DNA of 64,000 nucleotides. Source: a virus. Lineage: Duplodnaviria > Heunggongvirae > Uroviricota > Caudoviricetes. A program made the position numbers and the translations under genes. Under the pieces are notes generated by a model, which saw only the letters and a program-made list of their open reading frames with translations, was not told the DNA's origin and ran no database searches. Where the stretch lies: IMG/VR virus record IMGVR_UViG_3300038393_003162, positions 20,407 to 84,406 of that record. One strand, 5' to 3'. This document shows positions 1 through 10,377 of this stretch, piece by piece (position 1 is the first letter of the stretch; each line of letters starts with the position of its first letter).

Positions 1-519
1 TTCCTCGCACTCGTCAGAGCAGAAGTATTTCCGCCCTTCGGGAACGTCCTCGTTACAATGCTGGCAAGTACGCTGGTTCTCCTCGTCAATTGCCATCTCG
101 ACGCAGTTCTCTGAACAGAAGTCACCAAAATCAGGAAAATCCACGCGATGATAAGTATCCTTCGGGTCCAGGACATCACCACATCGCTCGCACTTCGGGA
201 GAGCATTCCATCGCTCCTCAGCCCATTCCTTTAGTTCGTCATCCGTTTTTTCAGTCGGCTCAATCTCCATCCCCATTCCGCCCGTCGAACCAAGCGCGAT
301 GTTGATTTCCTCGTCGGGCTCATCCTTACGCCAGGCGTCCCGGATCGCTACTGCCGCCTTGATCGCCTCGCGAGGATCATCATACTCCTTGCCCTCGCCG
401 AGATTCTTGTAACCGACGCTGAGCATGTCAGCACCCGAGTAGTCGAGTCCGTTCAATTCGACTTCGACAACCCGCTCGCCACTGTAGTAGTAGGATTGAC
501 GGCTAACGTAGATACCCAC
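1..519 (-). CDS. Partial Zn-finger protein (two CxxC...FCSxxC motifs), runs off the left edge
   Basis: Manual translation from GTG at 519: ...KCERC...FCSENC...CQHC...FCSDEC; open to position 1; not in the ORF track. Confidence 0.65.
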   Translation of the reverse strand, partial: MGIYVSRQSYYYSGERVVEVELNGLDYSGADMLSVGYKNLGEGKEYDDPREAIKAAVAIRDAWRKDEPDEEINIALGSTGGMGMEIEPTEKTDDELKEWAEERWNALPKCERCGDVLDPKDTYHRVDFPDFGDFCSENCVEMAIDEENQRTCQHCNEDVPEGRKYFCSDECEE

Positions 520-628
520 TTGATCAGCCCTCTTAAGTTTGTGTTTTACATCCTCTGTTCAGGGAGTATCCGGTTTTTGGTCTCGGATGTAAAGAGGGTA
601 GGGGGAATTTCTTCCCCCCTTTCCTCCC

Positions 629-1168
629 TCAGATACGATCCGGGTGTTCAACCGCTACCCAATCGCCAAGCACCTTGATATCGGTAATGTTCTCCACGAG
701 GTAATTCTTGTGAATCACCGGTTTGTCGGTTTCCTGCCTGGTACTCGGCTTGTAGCCGCGAATCCACGGATCGATTTCGTTCGTGTCCTGGACTTCCCCG
801 TCAATCTCGTACTGGTAGCCGAGAACCGTCTGAATTTTCATCGGCAAGTAAAGCCGACCCCGGTCCTCACGATGGTACGTCAAGATGCTGCCGGGTTCGT
901 GCTCCGTGTAGAGGTGAGGCAATGCCTCGAAATCCGCCTCGTTTCCTTCCCGCTCGCGTTGACGGTTGACCGAACGAGCATACCAGTAGCCGACGACGCC
1001 ATTGGTCCAAGCCCGCTTCATGACGTTTTGGTCGTAGAACGGGTTTAGCTCCCCGTTGACCTTTTTGTTCATGCTGGGGGACGTGTAGGTCACCAGAGTG
1101 ACGACTTTCGCTCCTTTCTTCAGACTCCGAAGCTTGCCTAACAGGTCATCACAGATGATCAGAGCCAT
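629..1168 (-). CDS. Hypothetical phage protein
   Basis: ORF; start MALII follows an AGGGG RBS and the repeated motif. Confidence 0.7.
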   Translation of the reverse strand: MALIICDDLLGKLRSLKKGAKVVTLVTYTSPSMNKKVNGELNPFYDQNVMKRAWTNGVVGYWYARSVNRQREREGNEADFEALPHLYTEHEPGSILTYHREDRGRLYLPMKIQTVLGYQYEIDGEVQDTNEIDPWIRGYKPSTRQETDKPVIHKNYLVENITDIKVLGDWVAVEHPDRI

Positions 1169-1343
1169 TTCGTTTCCCCTTGGCACTATCGCCACCACTT
1201 AGGGAGTATCCGGTTATTGACCATCCCAGGAGAATGAAGATAACTAAAGAGATTGACTATAGTTGTATGTGTATATCATGCCTAGGTGCTTATGACTACA
1301 CCTAGGCATGATATACAAAATAGCTCAGACGCTCCGTATGATC

Positions 1344-2036
1344 TCAGAAGTTGGGGATAGGACCACGACGAAGATCATCCCAGCTAGCGGACGCATACGG
1401 CTCAACTCCGCAAGCCCTGGCAACCGCCCGCACGAAGTAATAAGGGTCTTGATTCCATCCTGCCTCGTCATGCTCCCTGTTGTTGTAGCCGATGACCTCT
1501 AAGGCTTCGTCAACCAGTTCCATTGCCTTGGCGGGAGCGTCTTCCTTGGAAACAATGTAGTAGCCTGCCCCTTCGATGTATCCGCCCGAATCAGAGTTGT
1601 CAGTGGCATCTAGAACAATTTGCCCGTTGGGCAACTCCGCATAATCGAAGCATCGCATCCAATCACCGCCTTGGTCCCAATCTGATGTGTCTTCGTCCTC
1701 ATCGTCGGGACCATACCCCACGGCATATTGAAGCGATCCGTAAGGGCTTGTCAAATCCCTTGCCTGCTTCCGTCCATCATCCTCTCTCACGTCCTCCCAA
1801 TCCAAGTAATGTCCGTCAGAATCAACAGGAACCTTGACGCCACCGATCTTCACGAAATTCGTAATGTCCCGATAAAGATAGTCGCTTCCCATGATCTGCT
1901 CTCCTGGTGTGTTAACCGACACCAGACCGAGCCACTTTCTAGTGTGTCCCAAGATCAGAGGGGTCTGCGTTACCGGGCAAGCCGGAATTACGTCCCATGA
2001 TCCATTCCCTTGCTTCCCGAACTCAGGTCGGCACAT
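1344..2036 (-). CDS. Hypothetical acidic protein (start uncertain)
   Basis: 230-aa ORF co-oriented with neighbours. Confidence 0.6.
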   Translation of the reverse strand: MCRPEFGKQGNGSWDVIPACPVTQTPLILGHTRKWLGLVSVNTPGEQIMGSDYLYRDITNFVKIGGVKVPVDSDGHYLDWEDVREDDGRKQARDLTSPYGSLQYAVGYGPDDEDEDTSDWDQGGDWMRCFDYAELPNGQIVLDATDNSDSGGYIEGAGYYIVSKEDAPAKAMELVDEALEVIGYNNREHDEAGWNQDPYYFVRAVARACGVEPYASASWDDLRRGPIPNF

Positions 2037-2553
2037 AAGGGAAGCCCGGCATGGTGCCGGGCGGGAAGATCAGCGACTCGAAACGCTTCGAGCCATCTCG
2101 TCATCCCCCTGAACAGTGAAAGGTTGGTTGATCCGTTGTTGAGGGAGTATCCGGTTATTGACTGTCCTTCTTCAACATGTTCTTATAGACGTTAGTGAAG
2201 TTACGTCCCCATGCCATGATAGAGGCGAAGAGAACGGTGATAACGAGGCTTCCGATCGCCCCTTTCATCATTCCCCACATCTCACAAGCACACATCATGT
2301 TGTGATAATGCATCAGTCAGTCTCCTTGACGCGACTTTGTAGTAAATATCTTCAACTTCTTCGCAAAGTCATTCGATCTGATCTCGCCTGTAAAGGCATG
2401 TCCCGACCACCACTCCAACAGTCAGCGAAAGGATCATGTACTCCACGAGGTAAAGTAATCCTTTTGATATCAGAATGTAAATCATATATCCTCCTTGTGT
2501 TGACTCCCCTTCCTTGGGGAGTGTCCGGTTATTGTTCTCTTCGCGGTCATGTG

Positions 2554-3141
2554 CTACGGCATATCCACATTGATGCCGCTCGCCTCGATCTCAGACAATG
2601 TAATGGGTGCCCGCTTGGCTACTGTGAAGCGATAGCAGGCATAATACATCTTGATTTCACCACGTTTCCACCGCTCCCGATCGTCCTTGGTCGCGGGATC
2701 GCCACCGGGGGTCTCGTCCCGGTAGAATTCGATCTCGGTAACGTCTTCGACGTTATGGTCGACAGGAAGCGAGACCTCTTCGATCTCCAATCCGTAGCCC
2801 TTGCCGATCGCCGCGAAGAGATCAGCCAAGGTGGTAGCCGTCAGTTCGATGTTTTCGGCGAAGACCTCTCCGTCGTCATCGCTGCCGATCAATCCATGCT
2901 CGGGATCGTCTAACTGCCGTTCCTTAACGATCTGTGTACAGACGTAGGAGTAGGTCGGCACGTCCATCCCTTCGGGGACAAACTCGTCAGGCAGGTCATC
3001 CGGATCGAGACCAGCCGACTGGAGCAGGTCGCGGGCAGCATTGGCGAGCGTGGTCGCGTTACCATCACCGTCAGGGGCGACGGCATGCCGCCCGTAAAAC
3101 AGGGCGAGTACGACGAACTTCAGGGCTTGGTTGATATCCAT
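2554..3141 (-). CDS. Hypothetical protein
   Basis: ORF; start MDINQ after RBS. Confidence 0.65.
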   Translation of the reverse strand: MDINQALKFVVLALFYGRHAVAPDGDGNATTLANAARDLLQSAGLDPDDLPDEFVPEGMDVPTYSYVCTQIVKERQLDDPEHGLIGSDDDGEVFAENIELTATTLADLFAAIGKGYGLEIEEVSLPVDHNVEDVTEIEFYRDETPGGDPATKDDRERWKRGEIKMYYACYRFTVAKRAPITLSEIEASGINVDMP

Positions 3142-3206
3142 CGTTCCTTGTCCTCCCGAGTAGAGGTGAGCGGTTATCCTCATCTAAGGACGTATCCGGG
3201 TTTAGT

Positions 3207-3362
3207 TCACTTCTTGATCTTAGTGACCTTCGCCTCGCCGCCTTTCTTGCGAACTTCCTCCACTAAGTCATTTGCCTGTGTCTTGTAGCGGAATTTGCGA
3301 GGGAAGAAGCCCGCCCTGAAATCATTAATGGTCGGCGTCTTGACCAACTCGACGAGCCACAT
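3207..3362 (-). CDS. Small basic hypothetical protein (51 aa)
   Basis: Manual ORF MWLVELVKTP... between two motif copies, with GAGGG RBS. Confidence 0.55.
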   Translation of the reverse strand: MWLVELVKTPTINDFRAGFFPRKFRYKTQANDLVEEVRKKGGEAKVTKIKK

Positions 3363-3416
3363 GATAGTATCACCCTCAGAGGTTGTTATCTCCCCGTCCT
3401 TGGGGAGTATCCGAGT

Positions 3417-3860
3417 TTAGTCCTTGTGAGCCGTGAACGCCATGAATCCATCAACCCACATCGTAATCAACCGAACAATATCGTAATTGTGGTTCGGTTG
3501 TTTCCACCACGCACTCGAACCCGTCAGGTCGCGGCTCTCGATGGGGACCTTATATTCCTCTTCGGTCTCCGTGACTTCCGATACCAAACCCGAAGGTAAC
3601 GCCATGACCGACGACGCGAGACGATGAACCTTGCTGCCTCCCTTGACCTCCGTGATACCGTCTAGGCGAATGTAGACACATCCTTTCACGCCATGAACGA
3701 CTTCAGGAAGCAATGGGAATTCCTTCCCAGAGACCGCATCAGCCAACGCCATCCAACGGAATTGTTCCGTGGAGTAACCAGAGTAAGCCGGGGTTTCCTT
3801 GCCGATCTGACTACTGACGATTTGCCCGGCATCGGCTCGAACCTTAACCTTCTTGCCCAT
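3417..3860 (-). CDS. Hypothetical protein
   Basis: 147-aa ORF with GGAGG RBS. Confidence 0.7.
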   Translation of the reverse strand: MGKKVKVRADAGQIVSSQIGKETPAYSGYSTEQFRWMALADAVSGKEFPLLPEVVHGVKGCVYIRLDGITEVKGGSKVHRLASSVMALPSGLVSEVTETEEEYKVPIESRDLTGSSAWWKQPNHNYDIVRLITMWVDGFMAFTAHKD

Positions 3861-4105
3861 GTGTCACCTCCAGAGTTATGTTTCATCCGTGGCTAAGGGC
3901 GTATCCGGTTATTGGTCACATGCCAGAACTATAGCGTCCAGAATTCGGAATGTAAAGCACAATCTTACGCGAGACAAATATGAGTGTACGGATGTTCCAG
4001 ACATGGGCGTATAGACAAAATACCTGCAATAAAAAACGGGGAGCGATGAGCAACAAGCCCACCACTCCCCGCCCACCCCACCCCGGAGGAAGTTTCAACT
4101 AAATA

Positions 4106-4708
4106 TCAGCAAGTGTGAGATTGATACATGGGTTTTCCGTTCCAGAGCTTGGCAGCCCCGTGATCCATGCTGATCATTGCTTCGCCCATGAACCATTGAA
4201 CCCGTTTGGTCATGGGTTCGCTGTCTTCCTTGAACTTGTCGCGTCTTGCCACGACGCGCTCCGTCATCCCATGTTCATCATCTTGCTTGACCGTCTCTTG
4301 GCAAATTGCCCTGATGACGATCGACTTCTCCTTAACCTCCACAACTTGGTAAAAGTCGATATTGGTCTGGTCGTATCCCCAACTGTTGTAAATGATGTCC
4401 CGTTCCTTGAACGGATTCGGCTGATCGGAACCCCGCTTAAGCTTCTCCTCCTGCTTGTGACGATCGGCAAGCCGGTCAAACCAACCGTTAACGGTCTTCT
4501 CTCGAACCTCTTCGCTCGGATAGGAGTTGTGGAAGTCCCACTTGACTTGACGACCACTCTTCCAACCGTAGGCACAGATCATGACCGTACCCTTGGTCGA
4601 AGTCGTCTCGTAAAACCACACCTCAGCCCCAGGAACATCCGTCCGCGTGACTTGACGGGCGGTGTCCTTGCTGGGATAGACTCGCTCCGTTTGCTTCGGT
4701 CTCGCCAC
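4106..4708 (-). CDS. Conserved phage/plasmid hypothetical protein (SWGYDQTNIDFYQV motif)
   Basis: 200-aa ORF; motif recalled from mobile-element hypothetical proteins. Confidence 0.7.
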   Translation of the reverse strand: MARPKQTERVYPSKDTARQVTRTDVPGAEVWFYETTSTKGTVMICAYGWKSGRQVKWDFHNSYPSEEVREKTVNGWFDRLADRHKQEEKLKRGSDQPNPFKERDIIYNSWGYDQTNIDFYQVVEVKEKSIVIRAICQETVKQDDEHGMTERVVARRDKFKEDSEPMTKRVQWFMGEAMISMDHGAAKLWNGKPMYQSHTC

Positions 4709-4761
4709 GATCTTGACTCCCTAGGTTGCGTTACCTCACGCCTCTAAGGATGCGTCCGGCT

Positions 4762-5037
4762 TTAGAGAATGTGGAAGACATAGACACGGTCATTGTGATC
4801 GACGAAAAGAATGTCCTGGTCCAGTGAATTGATGTACAGATCGAAATCGATATACTTCAGGAGGTCTTTCTTAACCCCCTCAACCTGCTCAAGATAGTAT
4901 TCCGCATACGCCTGGCGACTCTCGTAATCACCTGAGCATTGTTCCCGGAATCGCTCGACCGTGGCGTGACCCTTGCCGTAGTGTCCGACGTAGGCAGCCC
5001 AGGCTTCCCGCTCTTCTGTGGTGATTTTCTGAGGCAT
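4762..5037 (-). CDS. ardA: ArdA-like antirestriction protein (short, acidic C-terminal domain)
   Basis: GDYESRQAYAEYYLE...LLKYIDFDLY...RVYVF resembles the ArdA C-terminus; start MPQKIT after GAGG. Confidence 0.6.
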   Translation of the reverse strand: MPQKITTEEREAWAAYVGHYGKGHATVERFREQCSGDYESRQAYAEYYLEQVEGVKKDLLKYIDFDLYINSLDQDILFVDHNDRVYVFHIL

Positions 5038-5205
5038 GGTCGCATTCCTCTGTTGGAGTTGATTTGTCACTAACGTTGAGGGCGCGTCCGGTTTTAACCT
5101 CCTGTCACGTAAAACATCAAGAAGTTCTTTCATGATGGTGCATGTCTATGCCTAGGCATACACATCCAATATATGACGTACATCTAGGCATAGACAAAAT
5201 AATTA

Positions 5206-5406
5206 TTACTTAACGCTCCCTTCGATCTCGTAAATCTTCAGGTGATAGGCGTTAAGGGATTGCTGTTCGGCAAACTTCCTGAGAACGGTTTTAGCGTCGG
5301 GTCCTTTGACGATAACACTGTTATCCTTGCCAAAGATTCGATCCAGAAAGCGAATAGGGGGATTCTGAGCTTTGGCATAATTGAACCGAATTTCAAACGA
5401 TCGCAT
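5206..5406 (-). CDS. Small hypothetical protein
   Basis: 66-aa ORF. Confidence 0.55.
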   Translation of the reverse strand: MRSFEIRFNYAKAQNPPIRFLDRIFGKDNSVIVKGPDAKTVLRKFAEQQSLNAYHLKIYEIEGSVK

Positions 5407-5507
5407 AAACGTATTTGGTCCTTATCCTTGGAGGAAAAAAATACGGTGCCGAGGGTTAGTCGGCACCGTGACAGCCTTACCTATCTTACCAATTTGTTTT
5501 GTGGTAT

Positions 5508-6131
5508 TCAATCGAGTTCTGAAATTTCCTCAGAAGCGGCGAAGACCGCTTCCAGCACCTTTTCGTTGCCGCCAACGTGACGATGCGAGCCGTCCGGATT
5601 GTGAAGTTCGAAGCCCGCCGCGAGTCCGAGGGGCGAGGACGGGACGACGTTCGACTCTTGGGCGACGATATCGGTCACGCCTGCCGTGAGCCAAGGATGG
5701 TATTGTTTCCATCGATACTCACGCAGAACCCCTTCGTACTCCCAGGTCGGCACTCGGTCCTTGAGCGGCTTGTGGTGGGCATACCGCAGGACTTCCCCGT
5801 ACAACCCGCGATCCTTGAGCCACTTGACCGCTTCCTCGCGAGTGGCGAAGAACGGATGATAACCGAGGTTGTGCCCGAAGGGGGCGAACTTGGGATCATC
5901 CGGCTTCTCGATCTCGCCCTGAAGTTCCTTGTTATAGCCGTGGATCGTGTACGAGGCAGTCGTATACATGGTCCCCGACTTGACGAAGATCAGTGGCAGG
6001 TAACAATAGCCGAAATGGTTGTCCTTGGTGCCGTCCCCCACCGTGGTCAACCCCGTTCCATAAAGCGGGGCGTGCCACCGTTGAGGACACTTGTTCCGAT
6101 CGGACGGGTCATCGAATCGCATGATGATCAC
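5508..6131 (-). CDS. Hypothetical protein
   Basis: 207-aa ORF downstream of a motif copy. Confidence 0.65.
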   Translation of the reverse strand: MIIMRFDDPSDRNKCPQRWHAPLYGTGLTTVGDGTKDNHFGYCYLPLIFVKSGTMYTTASYTIHGYNKELQGEIEKPDDPKFAPFGHNLGYHPFFATREEAVKWLKDRGLYGEVLRYAHHKPLKDRVPTWEYEGVLREYRWKQYHPWLTAGVTDIVAQESNVVPSSPLGLAAGFELHNPDGSHRHVGGNEKVLEAVFAASEEISELD

Positions 6132-6184
6132 CTTGTGCCAAGGGTGAGAGTGTAGTTCTTCCGTCGCTGAGGGCGTGTCCGGCT

Positions 6185-6814
6185 TTAGAGAATGTCCTGG
6201 TCGAGCTTGGCGTCTTCCTCGTCGGCGTTCTCGTATGAGTCTTTCTCGACAATATGCAGCCAGTGAGCGTCAGAGAACATTTCCCAGACCACGCGAACAG
6301 CAATTGCTGCTGCCTCTACTGGAGTGGTCGCCATGCCCTCCGCTCGGGATTCGACATCATCAGGAGCTTTCGGGTAGTTGCTGATGGTGTGCCAGGTGTT
6401 GACGACCCAGCCCTCACGCTCGTAGAAACCGACAATGCTTTGTGACTCGATTGCTTCAGGATCAATCGTGATGTCGTTTCCGACCTTGATGATCCCCTCG
6501 TCCTCCTCGACCGTCACCGGAAGCCAATGCTCGGAACGTAAAAGCATCTGCATGCCTTGGATGACGAGGTCGCGAATCGTCCCGGCATGCTGCTTGCCAT
6601 TCTCACGAACCTTATCAGGGTCCACCGGGCGATAACCGGTGATGTTCTGGTCAAGGAACTCATGTAAACCGCCCTGACCAATCCGAACCATGTGGACGGT
6701 CTTTTTATCCCACCGTTCATAAGACTTATCGTAAGTCGCCGCACTCCAAAACGGCTTCTGATCGTGACCAATCCGCTGCACCTTGACCGCTTCACCCTTA
6801 ACGAATTGACGCAT
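6185..6814 (-). CDS. Hypothetical protein
   Basis: 209-aa ORF with AGGAG RBS. Confidence 0.7.
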   Translation of the reverse strand: MRQFVKGEAVKVQRIGHDQKPFWSAATYDKSYERWDKKTVHMVRIGQGGLHEFLDQNITGYRPVDPDKVRENGKQHAGTIRDLVIQGMQMLLRSEHWLPVTVEEDEGIIKVGNDITIDPEAIESQSIVGFYEREGWVVNTWHTISNYPKAPDDVESRAEGMATTPVEAAAIAVRVVWEMFSDAHWLHIVEKDSYENADEEDAKLDQDIL

Positions 6815-6871
6815 GCTAATGTCTCCTGTATGGGAGTGGCGTTTTACTCCACTCCCATAGGATGTATCCGG

Positions 6872-7228
6872 TTATTGTCCGTCCCGAATCAGCCGGTCGA
6901 GGAGGACGTATTCCTGCGGATCGTCACTCATGAAGACAGCCGAGCCACCATCTTTAAAATCGTGTCGCTTGATGGTGATGGCATTGACATTCTTCATATG
7001 CTGAAGAATGTAGGTTTTTCCATCCTCACCAGTGACGATTGCCGCTTTGCCGCCGTAGGTCCCATAACTCGGCTTACGCCAGATGCCATATTTGTCGGTT
7101 GTCTTCCGACTAACCCGATAGCCGTGGGTCTCGTTGTGTTCCACCTCGAAGACGCACTTGCCCCGATTATTGCCGCCGATCGGGTAGTCGTCAATCTCCA
7201 ACTTCTTAACCGGATTGGAATAGTTCAC
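6872..7228 (-). CDS. Hypothetical protein
   Basis: ORF; probable GTG start VNYSNP. Confidence 0.6.
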   Translation of the reverse strand: MNYSNPVKKLEIDDYPIGGNNRGKCVFEVEHNETHGYRVSRKTTDKYGIWRKPSYGTYGGKAAIVTGEDGKTYILQHMKNVNAITIKRHDFKDGGSAVFMSDDPQEYVLLDRLIRDGQ

Positions 7229-7284
7229 TGTCTTACGTTCCTTAAAGGAGTGTGGTTGATCCGTCGGTGAGGGCGTGTCCGGTT

Positions 7285-7458
7285 TTAGTCGACCTTGTCC
7301 TTGTTCTGGTCGCACCACTTGTCGAGCGAGCCATTCTCTTCACACGGCAAACAGAAATAATACCGTTTGCCGAGCTTGTCCGGTCGCTTGTCCCCTACCG
7401 AAAGATTCGATTCACTTGACTTGATCTTGCGCTTACAGGTAACGCAAGTGTGCGGCAT
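7285..7458 (-). CDS. Small Cys-rich (CxxC...CxxC) protein, 57 aa
   Basis: Manual ORF MPHTCVTC...FCLPC after AGGAGG RBS. Confidence 0.55.
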   Translation of the reverse strand: MPHTCVTCKRKIKSSESNLSVGDKRPDKLGKRYYFCLPCEENGSLDKWCDQNKDKVD

Positions 7459-7509
7459 AACCTTTCGCCCTCCTAGTGATTGTCAGTCCACCACTAAGGG
7501 CGTGTCCGG

Positions 7510-7959
7510 TTATAGCGAGAGGGCGTGCTGCGACCAAAACGCCTCCGACTCAGCCCGTTGTTCCTTCGGCAAACTCGCATCATGCGGCTCGCGTGGTGCG
7601 TACGGACCTCCATATGCAGTAAACAAAATATGTTTGCCTTTGTACTTGCCGCCGATCACCGTCACGGTACGCATAGGACGAGTCGGTCGATCGACCATGC
7701 GACTCGGGTATCTCCGTCCTTCCCGAATCTTATAAACAACCTCGGATTCGGGGACAGGTGGACCGCCGGTGCTGGGACCGTGAATGCCGCACTCAGCCGT
7801 CATCCCTTTGGGAAGCTCGATCGTTTCGGCTATGAAGTCCTCGATGCGGTTGGCATACCGTTCCGCGATGAACGCCAAGACTTCAGATGAGACGTGGTCG
7901 ATGTGTGAATTCTCAAGATCGATGATCAAAACATGGTCCTTATATGAATAAACACCCAT
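7510..7959 (-). CDS. Conserved phage hypothetical protein
   Basis: 149-aa ORF with ...LFTAYGGPYAPREP...FWSQHAL. Confidence 0.7.
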   Translation of the reverse strand: MGVYSYKDHVLIIDLENSHIDHVSSEVLAFIAERYANRIEDFIAETIELPKGMTAECGIHGPSTGGPPVPESEVVYKIREGRRYPSRMVDRPTRPMRTVTVIGGKYKGKHILFTAYGGPYAPREPHDASLPKEQRAESEAFWSQHALSL

Positions 7960-8757
7960 CCTGATCTAAGACCAAGATGGGCGTTCCCCATTCGCGAAGC
8001 CGATGAATCACACCTGACTACTCGTTTCTTGTTACGGTCCTCGTGGGTGTGAAACGCCCTAGGGCGTGAAATTAAATGATCACGGTCCTCGCGTCATAAC
8101 CGGCGTCCTCCGGTCTAGGGTCTGGTTCCCCGTCCGTCAATGAGCTATAGCTCTCGGGAGAGGAACATCAACCGTGTTCAAGGTTCTCCGCAGGGCATCA
8201 CAAGCCCAAGACTCAGGGACTCGCTCGGATTGGCACGGGTGACCTCCCGTCGTTAAGGTCGCGGTTGTTTCTTGCGTGCGTCTCTGACAGAGAGTTGCGC
8301 GATTGAAAGACCAAACGGGACCAGTGTGAGAGTTAGTCCCGTTTGGTTTTGTCTCAGAAGGGCGGGGATCGAATCATGGGAAGCGTTCCCAAAGTAAGTG
8401 ATACCCTAAAGCCCACTCAAGGTCTACCGCTAGAGCTTGCTAGCGGGCTTTAGGGTTCGCCGCAATGTGGGCGGTCGCGCCGGGCAGGAGATCAAGCATT
8501 CAAAGAAAGGACAAGCATGAAATGTTTAATTGTCCACCCCCTTTCTTCGTTAGAGAATTGGAACCTCTCGCCGATCAACATGGCTAGACCCGAGGACTAA
8601 GAGCCGAAACACTTTCACTCTCTTGGTCCCCACACGAATGAGTGAGTGACAGGTCGACAGCATCGTTTTGTCGTTGCGCGTGTTTGGCGATGACTTCGCC
8701 CGTCAGCATCACTCGTCCGTCTCGTTTCGGACACCCTTAAGGGTGAATCCGGCTTTA
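7960..8757 (-). ncRNA. Candidate large structured ncRNA (~800 nt)
   Basis: No ORF of 60 aa or more; perfect 12-bp stems (8310-8321/8336-8347; 8403-8414/8445-8456) plus other hairpins; directly downstream of a sigma70-like promoter. Confidence 0.55.
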
Positions 8758-8761
8758 ACAA

Positions 8762-8790
8762 TGATAGCTCTGGGCGATGCCCTTGTAAAC
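8762..8790 (-). promoter_or_regulatory. Sigma70-like promoter
   Basis: Minus strand TTTACA-17 nt-TATCAT, flanked by two oppositely oriented copies of the repeated motif. Confidence 0.6.
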
Positions 8791-8995
8791 CCCTAGCGTC
8801 TAAAAACCGGATTCACCCTCGCATTAAAAAACGAAAAAATAAAACCCCTGCACCTCCCGAAATGGAAGGACAGAGGTTTTATTGGGTAAAGGCGAATTTT
8901 GCGTCTCGTCCTATAGTCCGTCCCTGTATGCGTGTCCTTGGTAGACACAAATGGTTAACAAACAACACCTCTGAAAGCTAATCACCTTCAGAGAG

Positions 8996-9139
8996 CTCCC
9001 GAGGGGGGAATTGAACCGCCCGACCTCCAGCTTATAAGGCTGGCGCTCTATCGCATCAAAGGCATTGGTCATACTTCGCCAGGGTGAAGACATAACCAAT
9101 GTCGTTGTTCCCTTAATGCTACCACTGAGCTACTCGGGA
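8996..9139 (-). tRNA. tRNA with UAU anticodon (Ile-type) and a 71-nt structured insertion in the D-loop; no encoded CCA
   Basis: Acceptor TCCCGAG/CTCGGGA, D-stem GCTC/GAGC, anticodon arm CCAGC-CTTATAA-GCTGG, T-loop TTCAATT; insertion at 9049-9119. Confidence 0.8.
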
Positions 9140-9300
9140 AAATATTGTCAGACGTGAAACCCGCATCATATAAAGTGACAACGCCTTGGGCTTTTGCTTT
9201 TGGCTACCGATCGCTCGGCTGTCGGGGTTTCAGGTCTCACGCCTGACACTTTATACTATAACGTCGCCATCCCTCCGATGTAAACCTCCTTCTAACAAAA

Positions 9301-10305
9301 TTATGCCGCCTGATGAGGAATCCCTAACGTCCCAATGACCTTCCCCACGACCCACTCAGCCGCCGCAGGCACTACCGCATTTCCCAACTGCTCCAGAGCG
9401 TACGTCTTGCGAGGATCGAGGATGTAGCCTTTCGGGAACCCCATCGCTTGACGATACTCATCAAGTGTCAACATTCTCATCCACTTATGATCTTCCGAGA
9501 TCAAACTGTATCGATCCTTTTTTGTGACAGTCCCCAGAGGGCGGTTGATGCTCCTGGCTTTCCCGACCGTGCGATTCGAGCCAAAGTAAGGGAGTAAGAA
9601 CTTCTCGCCCACGGGGAACACCTTGCGAGACATCCGCTTGACGAATGCCTGTGTTGCCTCGCAATTGTCCCTGACCAGGCTCCACCCCGGTCCCTTGTCC
9701 CGACGCATGATCCTCTTGTAAGGCACATGCTTGACAGAAGGATAGACGAACTCAAGCGGTGCCTTAGCCACGTCAGCACGCAAGAAAACCATGAACAATC
9801 GTTCTCGGTTCTGAGGCACGCCGAGGTCGGCTGCGTCCAGGATGATCGACGAGAAGTGATAGCCCGGTCCTATGTTCTGAATCAGGTCTATCCAGGTACG
9901 ATAGACGCTCCCCTTCAATGCCTTGTCGTCACTCTCATTCCACGCCTGGAACTCAGGCACATTCTCAACGACGGCAGCAAGGGGTCGCTTGCGTGCGATA
10001 CACTCATGAACACACCATGCCGTCTGACGACTCTTCGCGTGGTTCCAGTCTTTCGTCTTGCCCTTAGCGCGAGAATGCCCTTGACAACATGGAGATGCCA
10101 GTAAGATGTCATGATTTGGAACTTTGGTCCAGTCGGCGAGTTGGAGGTCCTGGCACGAGTGAACCGTATCGGGATGGTTCTTCGCATGTGCAGTCACGGC
10201 ATCCAGGTTGTGGTTTGCCGCCCAGATGACGCTAACCCCGGCTTTCGTCGCCCCGGTGGTAAACCCCCCAGCACCAGCAAATAAGTCAATTGCTGACACC
10301 TTCAT
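9301..10305 (-). CDS. DNA (cytosine-5) methyltransferase
   Basis: Motifs DLFAGAGG (I), SPCCQ (IV), VENV (VI), QNRERL (VIII), LGNAV (X). Confidence 0.93.
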   Translation of the reverse strand: MKVSAIDLFAGAGGFTTGATKAGVSVIWAANHNLDAVTAHAKNHPDTVHSCQDLQLADWTKVPNHDILLASPCCQGHSRAKGKTKDWNHAKSRQTAWCVHECIARKRPLAAVVENVPEFQAWNESDDKALKGSVYRTWIDLIQNIGPGYHFSSIILDAADLGVPQNRERLFMVFLRADVAKAPLEFVYPSVKHVPYKRIMRRDKGPGWSLVRDNCEATQAFVKRMSRKVFPVGEKFLLPYFGSNRTVGKARSINRPLGTVTKKDRYSLISEDHKWMRMLTLDEYRQAMGFPKGYILDPRKTYALEQLGNAVVPAAAEWVVGKVIGTLGIPHQAA

Positions 10306-10377
10306 CTATAGCTCCATAAAGAAAGGGATGAGTTGTTGTCCTCATCCCTAGAGGGAGTATCCGGTTATTGGACTATC

